From assembly GCA_038087875.1 (NCBI GenBank), contig CM075987.1:27468001-27532000 (forward strand): a stretch of 64,000 nt of DNA. The letters run 5' to 3'. The notes below the pieces were generated by a model. That model was not told where the DNA came from. It saw nothing but the letters and a program-made list of their open reading frames with translations, and made no database searches. Within the stretch, counting starts at the first letter, position 1. Every line of letters starts with the position of its first letter. This DNA is from Malacoraja senta (Eukaryota). Below, piece by piece: positions 39,936 through 53,474 of this stretch. A program made the translations under genes and the position numbers.

Positions 39936-40929
39936 TCAGCACGACAGCAAACCCTCGTAACAACGGACTATAGGGAGGGGACTGGTGTCCACTATTGTCG
40001 AGTGTCCGCTGTAACCAAGTAAGGGATTACCATTGTATAGGTAGGGTCAGGCAGCATCTCTGGACAGAAGGAATGGGTGACATTTCGGACCAAGATGTGG
40101 GTCGAGTCTCAAGAAGGGTCACCCATTCCTTCTCTCCAGAGATGCTGCCTGTCCCGCTGAGTTACTCCAGCATTTTGTGTGTAAACCAAATAATTTCATC
40201 CGCATCTCATCCTAGTTGTTTTCAATACATACAAATTTGCTGCAATGCATCCTGCATTACCATTTTTTAAGCTTGTAAAGTGCATCATAGGTTGTAAAGA
40301 GCTTTGAGTCATCTTGGAACCATTAAATGAACTACGTAAGTACAAATCTTCTCTAGCAAGTCCAAGCTCCCTCCTCTACAGTAAAAAGACATCTGGATCT
40401 GTCAAACTCAGCGACTGTGTTAGACACAAGTGTCCTCACCTCTCCGCAGCCCACTCCATCCAGTTCTAAAGACTTCACTGTAATTAAGCTGCTAACTGCT
40501 GTGAAAATAATGAGGAAATCTCCCTCGCATGAGTCATTCTTTATAATTGCCATGGCATCGCTTCAAGTTCTTCGCATTCATTAAAGTCACTGATACCAAG
40601 GAACAAAATACTCACATTTCAAATTATCTGAGGAGTTTTGGAACACTGTTTAAAAAGTTTGTCACAAAATGACTTCAATAGGTGCTGAGCAAGCAATAAA
40701 ATTAACCTCTAATTCACTTTTTCCAAGGGGTTTCATGGAAAAATGAAATTGTAAAGCACATTGAAACTGGTGCTGTAACTGCACCATGCAAAGGATCTGC
40801 TGCTGTTCCTCCAAAAGTTTCTTCCAAGCAATTCCATTTGAAATTTGAACAATCCTTTGTTCGACCGTTTCAGCTTCTTTCTCCGGTCCAAATGTGCGGT
40901 TTTATTAACTATGTTTCCATCCTTCCACA

Positions 40930-41887
40930 GAAACAAAGAAAACAGGTGCAGAAGTGGGCCATTCGGCCCTTTGAGCCAGCACCGCCAATCAATATGATCA
41001 TAGCTCATCATCCAAAATCAGTACCCCGTTCCTGCTTTCTCCCCATATCCCTTGATTCCGTTACCCCTAAGAGCTAAATCTAACTCCCTCTTCAAAACAT
41101 CTAACTTCTACAGGTGCACAGTAGAGAGCATGCTGACCGGTTGCATCGTGGCTTGGTTCGGCAACTTGAGCGCCCTGGAGAGGAAAAGACTACAAAGAGT
41201 AGTAAACACTGCCCAGTCCATCATCGGCTCTGACCTCCCTTCCATCGAGGGGATCTATCACAGTCGCTGCCTCAAAAAGGCTGGCAGTATCATCAAGGAC
41301 CCACACCATCCTGGCCACACACTCATCTCCCTACTACCTTCAAGTAGAAGGTACAGGAGCCTGAAGACTGCAACGACCAGGTTCAGGAACAGCTACTTTC
41401 CCACAGCCATCAGGCTATTAAACTTGGCTCAGACAAAACTACGAACATTAATAGCCCATTATTATCTGTTATTTGCACTTTATCAGTTTATTTATTCATG
41501 TGTGTATATATTTATATAATGGTATATGGACACACTGATCTGTTTTGTAGTCAATGCCTACTAAGTTCTGTTGTGCTGAAGCAAAGCAAGAATTTCATTG
41601 TCCTATCAGGGACACATGACAATAAACTCAACTTGAACTTGAACTTGAAAACATCCAGTGAATTGGCCTCCACTGCCTTCTGTGGGAGAGAATTCCACAG
41701 ATTCACAACCCTCTGGGTGGAAATGTTTTTCCTCATCTCAGTGGAGATGGCCTACTTCTTATTCTTAAACTGTGACGCCTGGTTCTGGACTCCCCCAACA
41801 CGGGGAACATTTTTCCTGCATCTAGCGTGTCCAATCCTTTAAGAATTTTGTATGTTTCTATAAGATCCCTTCTCATCCTTCTAAATT
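40930..41887 (-). mobile_element. CR1-clade LINE 3' end, split by a Rex1 insertion
   Basis: 40930-41101 and 41644-41887 join into the continuous CR1 3' consensus. Confidence 0.85.
41102..41643 (+). mobile_element. Rex1/Babar LINE 3' end (second subfamily), about 12-bp TSD
   Basis: NFYRCTVESMLTGCIVAWFGN...RFRNSYFPTAIRLLN; (aacttg)n tail; ctt(c/g)aaaacatc at 41090-41101 and 41644-41655. Confidence 0.9.
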
Positions 41888-42064
41888 GCAGCTGTGCCTT
41901 CCATGTTGCAGCGGTGAAGTCAGATACGTGATGTTCACTGACTGACTTCACTGCAATGCATGCAATGGCTTTCACGGATCGGTGCCTCATGAGTCATAGA
42001 GTTCGGGTTCAAATCCCACTCCAGAGACTTGGAAGTACAATGGTATTGGTTTATTATTTTAGTT

Positions 42065-42372
42065 TTACTAGTTTTAGCGATACAGCGCGGAAACAGGCCC
42101 TTCGGCCCACCGAGTCCGCACTGACCAGCGTTCCCCGCATATTAACACTATCCCACACTAAGGACAATATTTTTTACATTTATACCAAGTCAATTAACCT
42201 ACAGACCTGTATGTCTTTGGAGTGTGGGAGGATACCGAAGATCTCGGAGAAAACGCACGCGATCATGGAGAGAACGTACAAACTCCATACAGACAGCACC
42301 CATAGTCAGGATCAATCCCGGGTCTCTGGCACTGCAAGGCAGGATCTCTACCGCTGCGTCACCGTGCTGCCC
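42065..42372 (-). mobile_element. HE1-type SINE
   Basis: Full-length. Confidence 0.88.
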
Positions 42373-42451
42373 TTAATTGTTGCGTTGTAGCGTGCACCAA
42401 GACACAGTGCACTTTGTTTTGCGTTATCATCCAGGCAAATTATACTGTATG

Positions 42452-42775
42452 AGGCAAAAGGTATAGAAGTGTGAAAACACACACCTCCAGATTCAGGGAC
42501 AGCTTCTTCCCAACTGTTATCAGGCAACTGAACCATCCAACCACAACCAGAGAGCAGTCCTGAGCTACTATCTACTTCAAGGGAGATCCTCTGACTATTT
42601 AATCAGACTTTATTGGCTTTATCTTGCACTAAATGTCCCTCATGTTATCCCCTTTATCATGTATCTGTACTGTGGATGGCTCGATTGTAATCATGTGTAG
42701 TCTTCCCTCTGATTGGTTAGCACGCAACAAAAGCTTTTCACTGTACCTCGGTACACATGACAATAAACAAAACTC
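42452..42775 (+). mobile_element. Rex1/Babar 3' end
   Basis: GKRYRSVKTHTSRFRDSFFP.VIRQLNHP plus UTR. Confidence 0.85.
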
Positions 42776-43269
42776 AAAATTACAGGTAGTGCAAAGGAAA
42801 AAGAAAACAAGAGTATAGAATATAGAAACAAGGAACTGCAGATACTGGTTTACCAAGGAAAGACACAAAGTGATGAGTTAATGTCACTCAGAAATAATGT
42901 CACCTAGACAGTGTTTTAAGTTATTATATTGTAACTACCATCACTTTATATCCCAGATCTCTTGAGATTGTAGACAACATTTCATTGGCAAATCAGTTAT
43001 CACTTGTGGGACATATTGTCAAGCTTTGGGTGATTTTTAAAACATTGAGACCCCAAAATCTCTGTTCTCCATACTTTATAGCGTTACTCCAGCACTTTGT
43101 GTCTATCTATGGTTTAAACCAGCATCTGCAGTTCCTTCCAGCACACAGCAATCTCTGGCATGAGGCAGAGATCAGCAGCGGCGACTGGCATGGTTCAGAG
43201 GCCAGGAAGCCGAGAGTGACCCTGACGCTGGTATCTCAGAACAAGCATTCCCGACAGATGGCAAAAGTG

Positions 43270-43438
43270 AAGGTACACAAAAATGCTGGAGAAACTCAGC
43301 GGGTGCAGCAGCATCTATGGAGCGAAGGAAATAGGCAACGTTTCTGGCCGAAACCCTTCTTCAGACTGATGCTTTAGCTTCAGACTTCAGGCATTTTTGT
43401 GTACCTTTGATTTTCCAGCATCTGCAGTTCCTTCTTAA
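43270..43438. mobile_element. Bipartite inverted Penelope/hammerhead insertion, perfect 16-bp TSD
   Basis: acagatggcaaaagtg at 43254-43269 and 43439-43454; minus-strand hammerhead arm followed by a plus-strand tail. Confidence 0.88.
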
Positions 43439-43654
43439 ACAGATGGCAAAAGTGTGCTGGTGGTCACAAGAGGCCTCAAATCTTGGTCAGGACAAGGAAT
43501 GTAGTTTGAGACTTGGCCCAGGAGAAATTGTAAACCAGCATCTGCAGTTCCTTGTTCCAGCATCTCCAAGTATCAGAACAGTAAGGTTGAAGACCTCACT
43601 GCAGATGAATTTTGCATGTTTCGTTTTGGGAGAATTTTTTGCTGGAGAAAAAGT

Positions 43655-43900
43655 GCTAACAATGGCCTGTTTCCTTTATCATCGTTACTTTTTCACACAT
43701 CTTTCATTCATCTGTATCTGTCTACGTCACCGTCTATATCTCTCGTTTCCCTTTCCCCTGTGTCTCAGTCTGAAGAAGGGTCTCGACCCGAAAAGTCACC
43801 CATTCCTTCTCTCCAGAGATGCTGCCTGTCCCGCTGAGTTACTCCAGCATTTTGTGTCTATCTTCACTTTAAACTAGCATCTGCAGTTCCTTCATGCACA
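43655..43900 (+). mobile_element. Penelope-like pLTR with hammerhead (43766-43800)
   Basis: Pyrimidine-rich leader, cagtctgaagaagggtctcgacccgaaaagtcacc, conserved tail. Confidence 0.8.
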
Positions 43901-44637
43901 AGAGGACAAGCATACTGGCAATAAATGAGCAGACGGATTCCTTGCTTCCATGCAAAGTTGCTCTACTCCTAATTAAACTGATTATCAATAGCACAGCTTC
44001 AGACACTGTGTAAATGTCACAGTTAACAAAGAGAGCAGAGAAGAGATTCTTTAGAATGGTACAAAATATAAAGCGGTTGGCTGGGACGAGAAACTGGAGC
44101 CCTCCATGAGATCAGAATTGTAAAAATGTGGTAAAGGTGCTCAATAGCATGAAGAAATGGAATATATTCCGAATGATCATTGAGAAAATGGAGTATCAAT
44201 TGAACGTCATCACTAAAGAATGAAGAATTATTTTTTACACAATGGACTGCCGGGACTCAACATTCCTTGCCAGAAATAGTTGTTGGTGTAGAATCCATAA
44301 TGGCTGTTGAAAAGTAAGTAGGTAAATATTTAAAAAATGAAAGAATGTGGTCAACTTCCTTTAATGACCAGTCAGTCTGTCACTTGTATGTGGCTAATGT
44401 ATGCTGGCATTCTTTAATAATCCAGTCATTTGTTGCAATGTGCCACGTGTGACACTACTGTGTGTCTATTCTCACACCCACTCCTCCCCTGCCTATCTTA
44501 AGAATTCAACTGACAAGAAAAGTAGTTGAATAACATTTTGATTATTTGGACAGTGGGGTTAAAAATTAAAAACCCAGCACCTAAAGTTCTGAGATTGATA
44601 ACCCGGTCATAGCTGACTTGCAATGCTGATCCCAGTC

Positions 44638-44945
44638 TTTAGTTTAGAGTTTGAGAGATACAGCATGGAAGCAGGCCCTTCATGCCACTGAGTCCACGAC
44701 GTTCATCCATCAACTACTTCTGTTATCCCACTTTCGCATCCTACACACCAGGGGGCAATTTGCAGAAGCCAATTAACCTACAAACCTGCACGTCTTTGGA
44801 ATGTGGGAGGAAACCGGAGCACCCGGAGAATATCCACGTGGTCACAAGGAGAACGTGCAAACTCCGTACAGACAGCCCGTGTAGTGAGGATTGATCCGCG
44901 GTGTCTGGCACCGTGAGGCAGCAACTCTACCGCTGCGCCACGCTG
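44638..44945 (-). mobile_element. HE1-type SINE
   Basis: Full-length. Confidence 0.88.
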
Positions 44946-46326
44946 CGTGCCACTCTAGTACAAGGCAAATATCGGCTGTAACATCACCACTGTGACCCCT
45001 GCCTGGATGACATGGGTTTCTTTCTCCACTACAGCAAACAACAGCAGAGGTCTCATTGCCTGTGCTAACATTCAGGTCCATTTCCATGTCGAGGGCAATC
45101 CTGTGGTTTTCAACCAGAGGATTTAAAAACCTCAAGTGGTGTTTAAATCAACAGAGTAACAAGTGCTCCAACATCAACACAAGGCTTTTCCTGAACAACT
45201 CTTTTCCTTTCTTTTTGTTCCTCTTGCTGACTAATTTTCCTGTATATTTCCTGTATATAAGCTTGCAGCAAGTGCTTTAAGAAGTATGGAAACAATGAAG
45301 CAGTTTCCAAGCTGATTTGTTGTCTGTTCCCACTTGTTTATCTAACAGAGTTATTTAATCCAAGGTTATGTGATAATGTTTTCAAGTTTGTGAAGGAAGG
45401 AACTGCAGATGCTGGTTTAAACCAAGGACCGACACAAAAACTGCAGTAACTGAGCGGGACAGGCAGCATCTCTGGAGAGAAGAAATGGGTGACGTTTCAG
45501 GTCGAGACCCTTCTTCAGACTTGATGTTTGCAAGTTATTGTTTCTTTCTCTTGCATTTTTTAGTCCATTTCCTCTCTCTCCTTGACAAATTGTCAGCTCA
45601 TCAGATTTTCAGAAGGAAACAGATTGATTCAAGGAAATTTGAGTCTTCAACATTGATTGCAAGCCAGCCTTCCACTAATACTTTGAGCATGTTACTGTAA
45701 AATAAGTGAATCATCAAATCAGTCTGAAGAATGGTCTCGACCCGAAACGTCACCCATTACTTCTCTTCAGAAATGCTGCCTGTCCCACTGAGTTACTCCA
45801 GCTTTGTGTGTCTATCTTCGGTGTAAACCAGTAACTGCACTTCCTTCCAACACAAAGAAACAAAGATGTTGCTCCTCTCAAGACCCAATTTAATGCAGTG
45901 AACAAATACCCCATTCCTGCTTTCTCCCCATATCCCTTGATTCCGTTAGCCCTAAGAACTACATCTAACTCTCTCTTGAAAACATCCAGTGGATTGGCCT
46001 CCACTGCACTTCCGTGGCAGAGAATTCCACATATTCACAACTCTCTGGGTGAAAAGGTTTTTCCTCAACTCAGTCCTAAATAGCCGACCCCTTATTGTTA
46101 ACCTGGGACCCCTGGTTCTGAACTCCCCAAACATCGGGAACATTTTTCCTGCATTAGGCTGAGGAGCCTCTTTCCACGCTATATGACTCTAGTGCAACAA
46201 TTTACATCCAATTTAGATTTATTTTCCTGGCTGAGGACGATATTGATGTGGTGCTGATCTACTTGTATACCTTAACTCACTTGTCGCGTGCGGATTCTGT
46301 TTTGATGCCATTGTTTGAGTGTTGGT

Positions 46327-46862
46327 CATAAGGTCCCAAGTGATAGTAGAATTAGGCCATTCGGCCCATCAAGTCTATGCCATTCAATCATGGCTGATCT
46401 ATCTCTCCCTCCTAACCCCATTCTCCTGCCTTCTCCCCATAACCTCTGACACGCGTACTAATCAAGAATCTATCTATTTCTGCCTTTAAAATATCCATTG
46501 ACTTGGCCTCCACAGCCTTCCGTGGCAAAGAATTCCACAGATTCATCTCCTCTGACTAAAGAAATTTCTCCTCATCTCCTTCCGAAAAGAACGTCCTTTA
46601 ATTCTGAGGCTATGACCTCTTGTCCTAGACTCTCCCACTAGTGGAAACATCCTCTCCACATCCACTCTATCCAAGCCTTTCACTATTCTGTACGTTTCAA
46701 TGAAGTTCCCCTCATTCTTCTAAACTCCAGCGAGTACAGGCCCAGTACCGACAAACGCTCATCATAGGTTAACCTACTCATTCCTGGGATCATTCATGTA
46801 AACCTCATCTGGACCCTCTTCAGAGCCAGCACATCCTTCCCTCAGATATGGTGCCCAGAATT
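46327..46862 (-). mobile_element. CR1-clade LINE 3' portion
   Basis: Homologous to 1738-2100 and extends upstream into coding sequence (W.P.LR.DVLAL.RVQ.RF). Confidence 0.85.
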
Positions 46863-47286
46863 GAGGTATGGCCATCGCCCTGAATGGGCCCATAACTCTG
46901 TATAATTTTCTAAAATGCATGTGTCACTGGCAGTCCCTAGTTGAGAAGGGAGTGAGAGAGGGGTGTAGACGTTCGGCTTGAACAGCTGTATGGAGGGGCT
47001 TGAAGCCAATGAAGTGCCCATGCACCTGTTATGTTTCCACCTCACTGGTGGAAATCATAAGTTTATAATTAAATGCAATTATACAGGATATCATGTTCAA
47101 TAATATCTTATTGGTCCATCATTCTAAAACATTAAACAGATCCTATTATTATGTTTTTAATGGCAGGAAGCCAGAAATGCCCGTGATGGGGAATCAGAAA
47201 GGTAGCAGGCGTTCACTGTATATAGAGACCTTATTACTTACTCAGTGATAGTTGTCTGAAACACTTTGTGAGGACCTAGTTAATAG

Positions 47287-47585
47287 GGCAGTGCAGTGGC
47301 GCAGCAGTAGAGTTGCTGCCCTACAGCGCTAGGAGACCCAGTTCGATCCTGACTACGGATGCTGTCTGTACGGTTTTAGGTTCTCCCCATGACCCGCGTG
47401 GTTTTCTCCGGGATCTCTGGTTTCCTCCCACACTCCAAAGACGTACAGGTTTGTAGGTTAATTGGCTTCTGTAAATTGTTAATTGACGCTAGTGTGTAGG
47501 ATAGTGCTAGTATTTGGGGTGATCGCTGGTCAGCGCGGACTCAGTGGGCTGAAGGGCCTGATTCCAGTATCTATAAAGTCTAAAT
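47287..47585 (+). mobile_element. HE1-type SINE
   Basis: Full-length. Confidence 0.88.
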
Positions 47586-47899
47586 AGTGGTGCCCCTTAG
47601 GACCATATATATTGACTTTATCTTATCTCACGAGATGGCTAGTTTCCAGGTTCTTTATCCATTAGCCTCTGGCGACACTGATGGTCTCAACTAAGAATGT
47701 CACCTTTTCCTTTATTCCAGAGATACTGCCTGACCCACTGATTTACTCCATCATTTTGTGTCTGTCTGATGGTATCAGAACCTGGAACATAATCTAGGAT
47801 GTGTAGGAAGGAACTGCAGATGCTGGTTTAAACTGAAGATAGACACAAAAAGCTGGAGTAACTCAGGGGGTACAGGCAGCATCTCCGGAGAGATAGAAT

Positions 47900-47933
47900 G
47901 GGTGACGTTTCGGGTCGAGACCCTTCTTCAGAT
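47900..47933 (-). ncRNA. Minimal type-I hammerhead core, intact subfamily-A copy (within a Penelope unit at about 47800-47933)
   Basis: CTGAAGA-a-GGGTC(tc)GACCC-GAAA-C-GTC-accc. Confidence 0.65.
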
Positions 47934-49497
47934 GGCTGTCGAATGCTGAACTGAGGGAGTGCTGCCATCTGTGGGGGAACACTAAACTGAAGCACCTCAG
48001 CCTCTACGGAGAAAGTAAACGATCCCACAGCTATTAATCCATCCCACCTACAACTCATTTTCCAGCTCTGTTTATACACGTAGCTGTCTATTTCTTTATT
48101 TTCTGAACAATACAATCCAGCTCCTATGAACAGGTTTCCACAATATTAAGTGTAGAAAGGAACTGCAGATGCTGGTTTATACCAGTTAGACACAAAGTGC
48201 TGGAGCGGGCAGCGGCAGGCAGCATCTCTGGAGAGAAGGAATGGGTGACGTTTTGGGTCGAGACCCTTCTTCTTCTGAATTACTACCGCTGAGTTAGGCT
48301 GATCATCTACAATTAATACCCTGTTCCAGCTTTTTCCCCATATCCCTTGATTCCTAAATCTAACTCTCTCCTGAAAACATCCAGTGAATTGATCTCAACT
48401 GCCTTCTGGGGCAGAGATTTCCATAGATTCATAACTCTCTGGGTGAAAACGTTTTTCCTCATCTCAGTCCTAAATGACCTACCCTTATTCTTAAACTGTA
48501 ACCCTTGGTTCTGGACTACCCCAACATCGGATTTTTTTTTCCTGCATCTAGCCTGTCCAATCCTATAAAAGAATTTTACATGTTTCTATAAGATCCCCTG
48601 CTAAATTCCACTGCTCTTTTAGTGTTTTTAATATTTGCAATGGGAATTTCTGCTCAACATTCAAGATGGGCCGAATGGCCTAATTCTGCTCCGAGAACGT
48701 ATGAACGTATGTATGAGTGTGAACTGAACGAGACTGAAGGTGAAGGATCTAATCTTGTTCTTTTCCTTTAATGATTTATAACAACGATGCAACAGCAAGT
48801 GCCAAGGGTACAACTTATGTTTACGTGAAGGGGAAAAGATTTTAATAGAAATCTGAGGGGTAACTTTTTCACACAAAGGGTGGTGGGTGTATGGAACGAG
48901 CTGCCAGAGAAGGTAGTTGAGGCAGGGACTTCCCCAACATTTAAGAAGCAGTTAGACAGGTATATGGATAGGACAGGCATGGAGGGATATGGACCAAATG
49001 ATGGCAGGTGGGATTGGTGTAGTTGGGACATTTTGGCCAGTGTGAACAAGTTGGCCGAAGGGCCTGTTTCCACTCTGTATCACTCTAACAATTCAGGACA
49101 CTGGGGGCCAATTCAGTATAAAACACTTGATTCCTGTGAATTTAATTTCTTTGTGAATAAGAATAAATGCTAACACCCTCATTCTATTTGCAGACTGAGT
49201 GCAGTGGTACAATGACGTCTTCCCGCCATGAATTTTAGTGCTAGCACATAAATAGAAAACGGGTAAGCTGATGACTCGTGGTCCACGAACCTGGAACTAA
49301 TCAGGTCTCCCCAAGTTCCTCAGGCCAATTGGAGTTCTGTACTGAAAAGGGGCAAGAATGAACCACGATGGTGGGTGCCATTCCATTCAATCACTTTAAC
49401 CGTGCAGGCATGGTACTGCTATACAGACTGCTTTGGGACAGATATAGTCAAATAGGGAGACCACATGTCTTTTCTCGCACAAACACTGATGTACGAA

Positions 49498-49510
49498 TGC
49501 CATCTAGTGG
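49498..49510 (-). promoter_or_regulatory. CTCF core motif match
   Basis: CCACTAGATGGCA fits the CCASYAGRKGGCR consensus, in non-repeat sequence. Confidence 0.4.
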
Positions 49511-50983
49511 TGCTCGGATTTATATATGTGAGGAACTGTCCAGGAAAAATGGTCTTCAGTTCAGTTTATTTTTTGTCACATGTCTGGGGTAGTGAAAAGC
49601 TTTTGATGCGTGCTAACCAGTCAGCAGAAAGACAATACATGAATACAATCAAGCCATTCACAGTGTAGATACATGATAAGGGAATAAAGTTTAGTGCAAG
49701 GTAAAGCCAGCAAAGTCCGATCAAGGATAGTCCGAGGGTCCCCAATAAGGTAGATAGTCCGAGGGTCCCCAATAAGGTAGATAGTAGTTCAGCACTGCTC
49801 TCCGGTTGTGGTCCCCCCCCCCCCCCCCACATCAGTCTGAAGAAGGGTCTCGACCCAAAACGTCGCCCATTCCTTCGCTCCATAGATGCTGCCTCACCCT
49901 CTGAGTTTCTCCAGCATTTTTGTCTACCTTCGATTTTTCCAGCATCTGCAGTTCTTTTTTAAAGGTTTGTAGGTTAATTGGCTTCTGCAAATTGCCCCCA
50001 AATGTGTAGGATAGAATTAGTGTACAGGCGATCGCTGGTCAGTGAGGGCTCGGTGGGCCGAAGGTCCGCTTTGCACGCTGTATCTCTAAACTATACTAAT
50101 CCAAACTCTCCAGAGTACTTTGTACTCCCTTCTATGGCAGGAATGTGAGAAACAAAGGTCTTTTGTTGAATATGGCACACTCAATCCTTGGGATTTGTGC
50201 GCTACTAAATCTCCCAGTAGCAAGTCAAGAACAAAACATTTGTGGGACCTGCCACAAAATTAGTCATAGTCACTAAAATTGTTGCTTTCCAATAAAGAGC
50301 TCCAAAGTTCCATTCAACATATTATTAATCTTCACTGTTTTATCCTCAGTTTCTTTTTTAACAGATTTTGAAAAATAATTACTATGATATTTTTGAAAGA
50401 ATATTATAATCTTTTAATGTCATATACGCAAGACAAAAATAACTATTAAGGTTTTTTTTAATTTTAATTTTTATTTTTTAGAAGTACAATAATGTGGTAC
50501 CAAAGTACCTAATACTTATTGACATATTACATTTCATATACAACTTCTTATTTTTAATTTAATAATGAAGGAAAAATAAGAAATGAAAGATTACAAAAGG
50601 AAAGATTGAGATGAAGTGTTGCGTGAGATAGCAAAATAGCCCTAGAAAAAAAAGAGAAAAAAAGAGAAGAAAAAAGAAACAAAAGAGAAGAGGAAAGGAG
50701 ATTGAAAGCGATATATCTATTTGATAATCCTACCCCCCCCCCCCCCCCCCCCGTCACCTGTTTCTGAACCATTATATTTCTATGATTGTGTTGCACCATA
50801 TGCTTGTAGAAAGTCGATAAAGGGAGACCATATCAATAAGAAGAGGTCTACCTTACCTACTAGGAGTTGTATTTCTTCAACATATGCCGTTTCTGACATT
50901 TGAAATCCACATTTTCACCGTTGGTGTTGCCGAATTTTTCAAAAATTTAAGTATGAGTTTTTTTGCCATTATTAAAACCATAT

Positions 50984-50986
<3 letters not shown>

Positions 50987-51034
<48 letters not shown>
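50987..51034. repeat. (TA)n microsatellite at the L1 3' tail
   Basis: About 24 TA units. Confidence 0.95.
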
Positions 51035-51037
<3 letters not shown>

Positions 51038-53474
51038 TAATTTAAATTTTTTATTAGAGGTATCTGCATATCATAGTCCAACCCATTACGAACTTTGTAT
51101 AACGATTACATATTAAGTATCCAGTGTTCCGGGTACCCAGTTACCAAAGCAGCTGGGGTCCTCCTTTATCAGTTACATATTAACGTTGCCTCTAATGATT
51201 TATTTATATTTATAAATAATAAAAATAAAGAAAATAAAGAAATAAAAAGAAGAAATTTAAAAAAGTAAGATAAACTATCAATAATACAACTTAGGAGAAA
51301 AGTCCCTAGGTCAGAAAACGTAACTATTCATCCAGTCCTGGGTTCAGGTTTCAGTCAGGCCTCCTCGCCGGCCCAGTCTACCCCCTTCAAATAATCTATA
51401 AATGGAGACCATATTTTAGTAAATAATTCTGGTTTGTCAATTAAGACATATCTAATTTTTTCCAAATATAAGGTCTCCGACATCTCCATAATCCACATCT
51501 TAATTGTGGGGGTTGCAGGATTTTTCCAAAATTTTAATATTAATTTTTTCCCAATTATTATGCTGTAGTCAAGGAAATTTCTTTGGTTTGTTGTAAGTTT
51601 TAGGGTATTGTTCTGACATGCCCATATTATTAATTTAGGATCGGGATCCAGTTGATATTAACAACTACAGAGATTATTTTAAAAAATATCCATCAAATAA
51701 TTTTTAATTTTATCCAATTTACAAAAGTATGGGTTCAATTAGCCGATGAGTATTGGCATTTATCACAAATAGGGAGATATTAGGAAAGATTCTATTTAAT
51801 TTTGTTTTTGAATAATGCAAATCTATGTAGTACTTTAAAATTGTATTAAAGAGTGTCTGGTATTTAATGAACATTGATGTATATGTTGTAAACTTTCATC
51901 CCAAATATCTTTTGTTATAGGTTGGGCTAATTCCTTTTCCCATGCTAATCTATATAATTCCGTCGACGGAGTCTCACTGTCTAAAAGAATATTATAAATA
52001 TAAGATATTCATTTATCTGTATTAGGGTGTTTATTCAAACATTCATCTAGAATCTCTGGTTCTCTAGTTCTGTATTCTTGTGTGTGTGATTTTAACATAA
52101 TCTTTAAGTTGTAAGTATCTAAAAAAATTATTTGAATGTAATCCATAATTCAGTTGTAGTTCCTGAAACGAAAGAAAAATACCGTTTCTATAAAGATGTC
52201 CCATCTTTTTAATTCCATGATTTTTCCATTGTACAAACACTTTATCCAACACTGAGGGTTTAAATGAAGGATTATTTGCAATGGGGAGAGAAAATGATAA
52301 ATTATCCAATTTTAATGTCTTTTTTAATTGTTTCCAAATTCGAATTCCACTATATATTATAGGGTTTTCATTATAGATTTTTTTTAATTCAGTTTTGTAG
52401 GAGCTAACAGGATCGGACCAATTTCAAAAGGTAAACAATCTTCCTTTTCCATCTTTAACCAGTCTGGTTTGTTGATCCATATCTTCCAACCCAAAATTCA
52501 TGTTTTTGACATTGACTGCCCAAAAATAGAATAAAAAGTTTGGTAAAACTAATCCTCCTTTGGTCTTGGGTTTACATAGGTGTTTTTTGCTTATCTGTGA
52601 TTCTTATAATCCCAAATAAAACTTGTCACAATAGAATCGACTTTTTAAAAATAATTTTTTTGGGAGATATATCGGGATTGATTGAAAGAGGTATAGCAAT
52701 TGCAGAAGGAAAATCATTTTTATAGCATTAATTCTACCGAGCATTGAAATGAGAAGTGTTTTCCAGTATTGAATATTCTTATGCAATTTATTAAGTAAAG
52801 GCATGAAATTTCATTTAAATAGAGTTATATTTCTTTGTCACATAAATTCCAAGATATTTAAATTTTTCATTAACTATTCTAAAATGTGAATGTTGCAATA
52901 TATATGAATTAGATTCCGTTATTGGCATAATCTCACTTTTGTTCCAATTAATTCTATATCCTGAAAATAAACCAAATTGAGTTATAAGATTTAACAAGTT
53001 TGGAATGCTGATTTCTGGGTTTGTAATATATAATAATACATCGTCTGCGTATAGAGAGATTTATTAACTGTATTTTTAGTATTATACCCATATATTTCTG
53101 GGTGTGCTCTAACTCTTTCTGCCAGTGGTTCGATGGGCATGGGCAAATAATAACGGTGATAACGGGCATCCTTGTCTGCAACCTTTAGATAAATCAAATT
53201 TTGTTGATAGCATTTGATTTGTCATTATTCTAGCTGTTGGGTTAGTGTATAAAAGCTTAACCCATGTGCAAAATTTCTCACCCAAATGAAATTTTTCCAT
53301 CACCGAAAATAAATAGGGCCATTCCACTTGATCGAAGCTTTCTCAGCATCTAACGAGATGACTGCTAAATCTACATTAGCTATTCTGTTTGAGTATATAT
53401 TAAATAATCGTCTCAAATTATAATATGAGTAGCGTTTTGGAATAAAGCCAGTTTGGTCAGGGTGCATTAATTTA
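50987..53474 (-). mobile_element. Second L1-clade LINE (inner, degraded) with RT domain and (TA)n tail
   Basis: HPDQTGFIP...SLDAEKA.DQVEWPYLF...GCRQGCPLSPLLFA...SGYRINWNKSEI...FKYLGI...GRINAIKMI; own C-terminal Cys region and 3' UTR. Confidence 0.9.

Noticed and set aside
47962..47975. Second CTCF-like site (tgccatctgtgg)
   Set aside because: Imperfect spacing, and it lies inside a SINE relic
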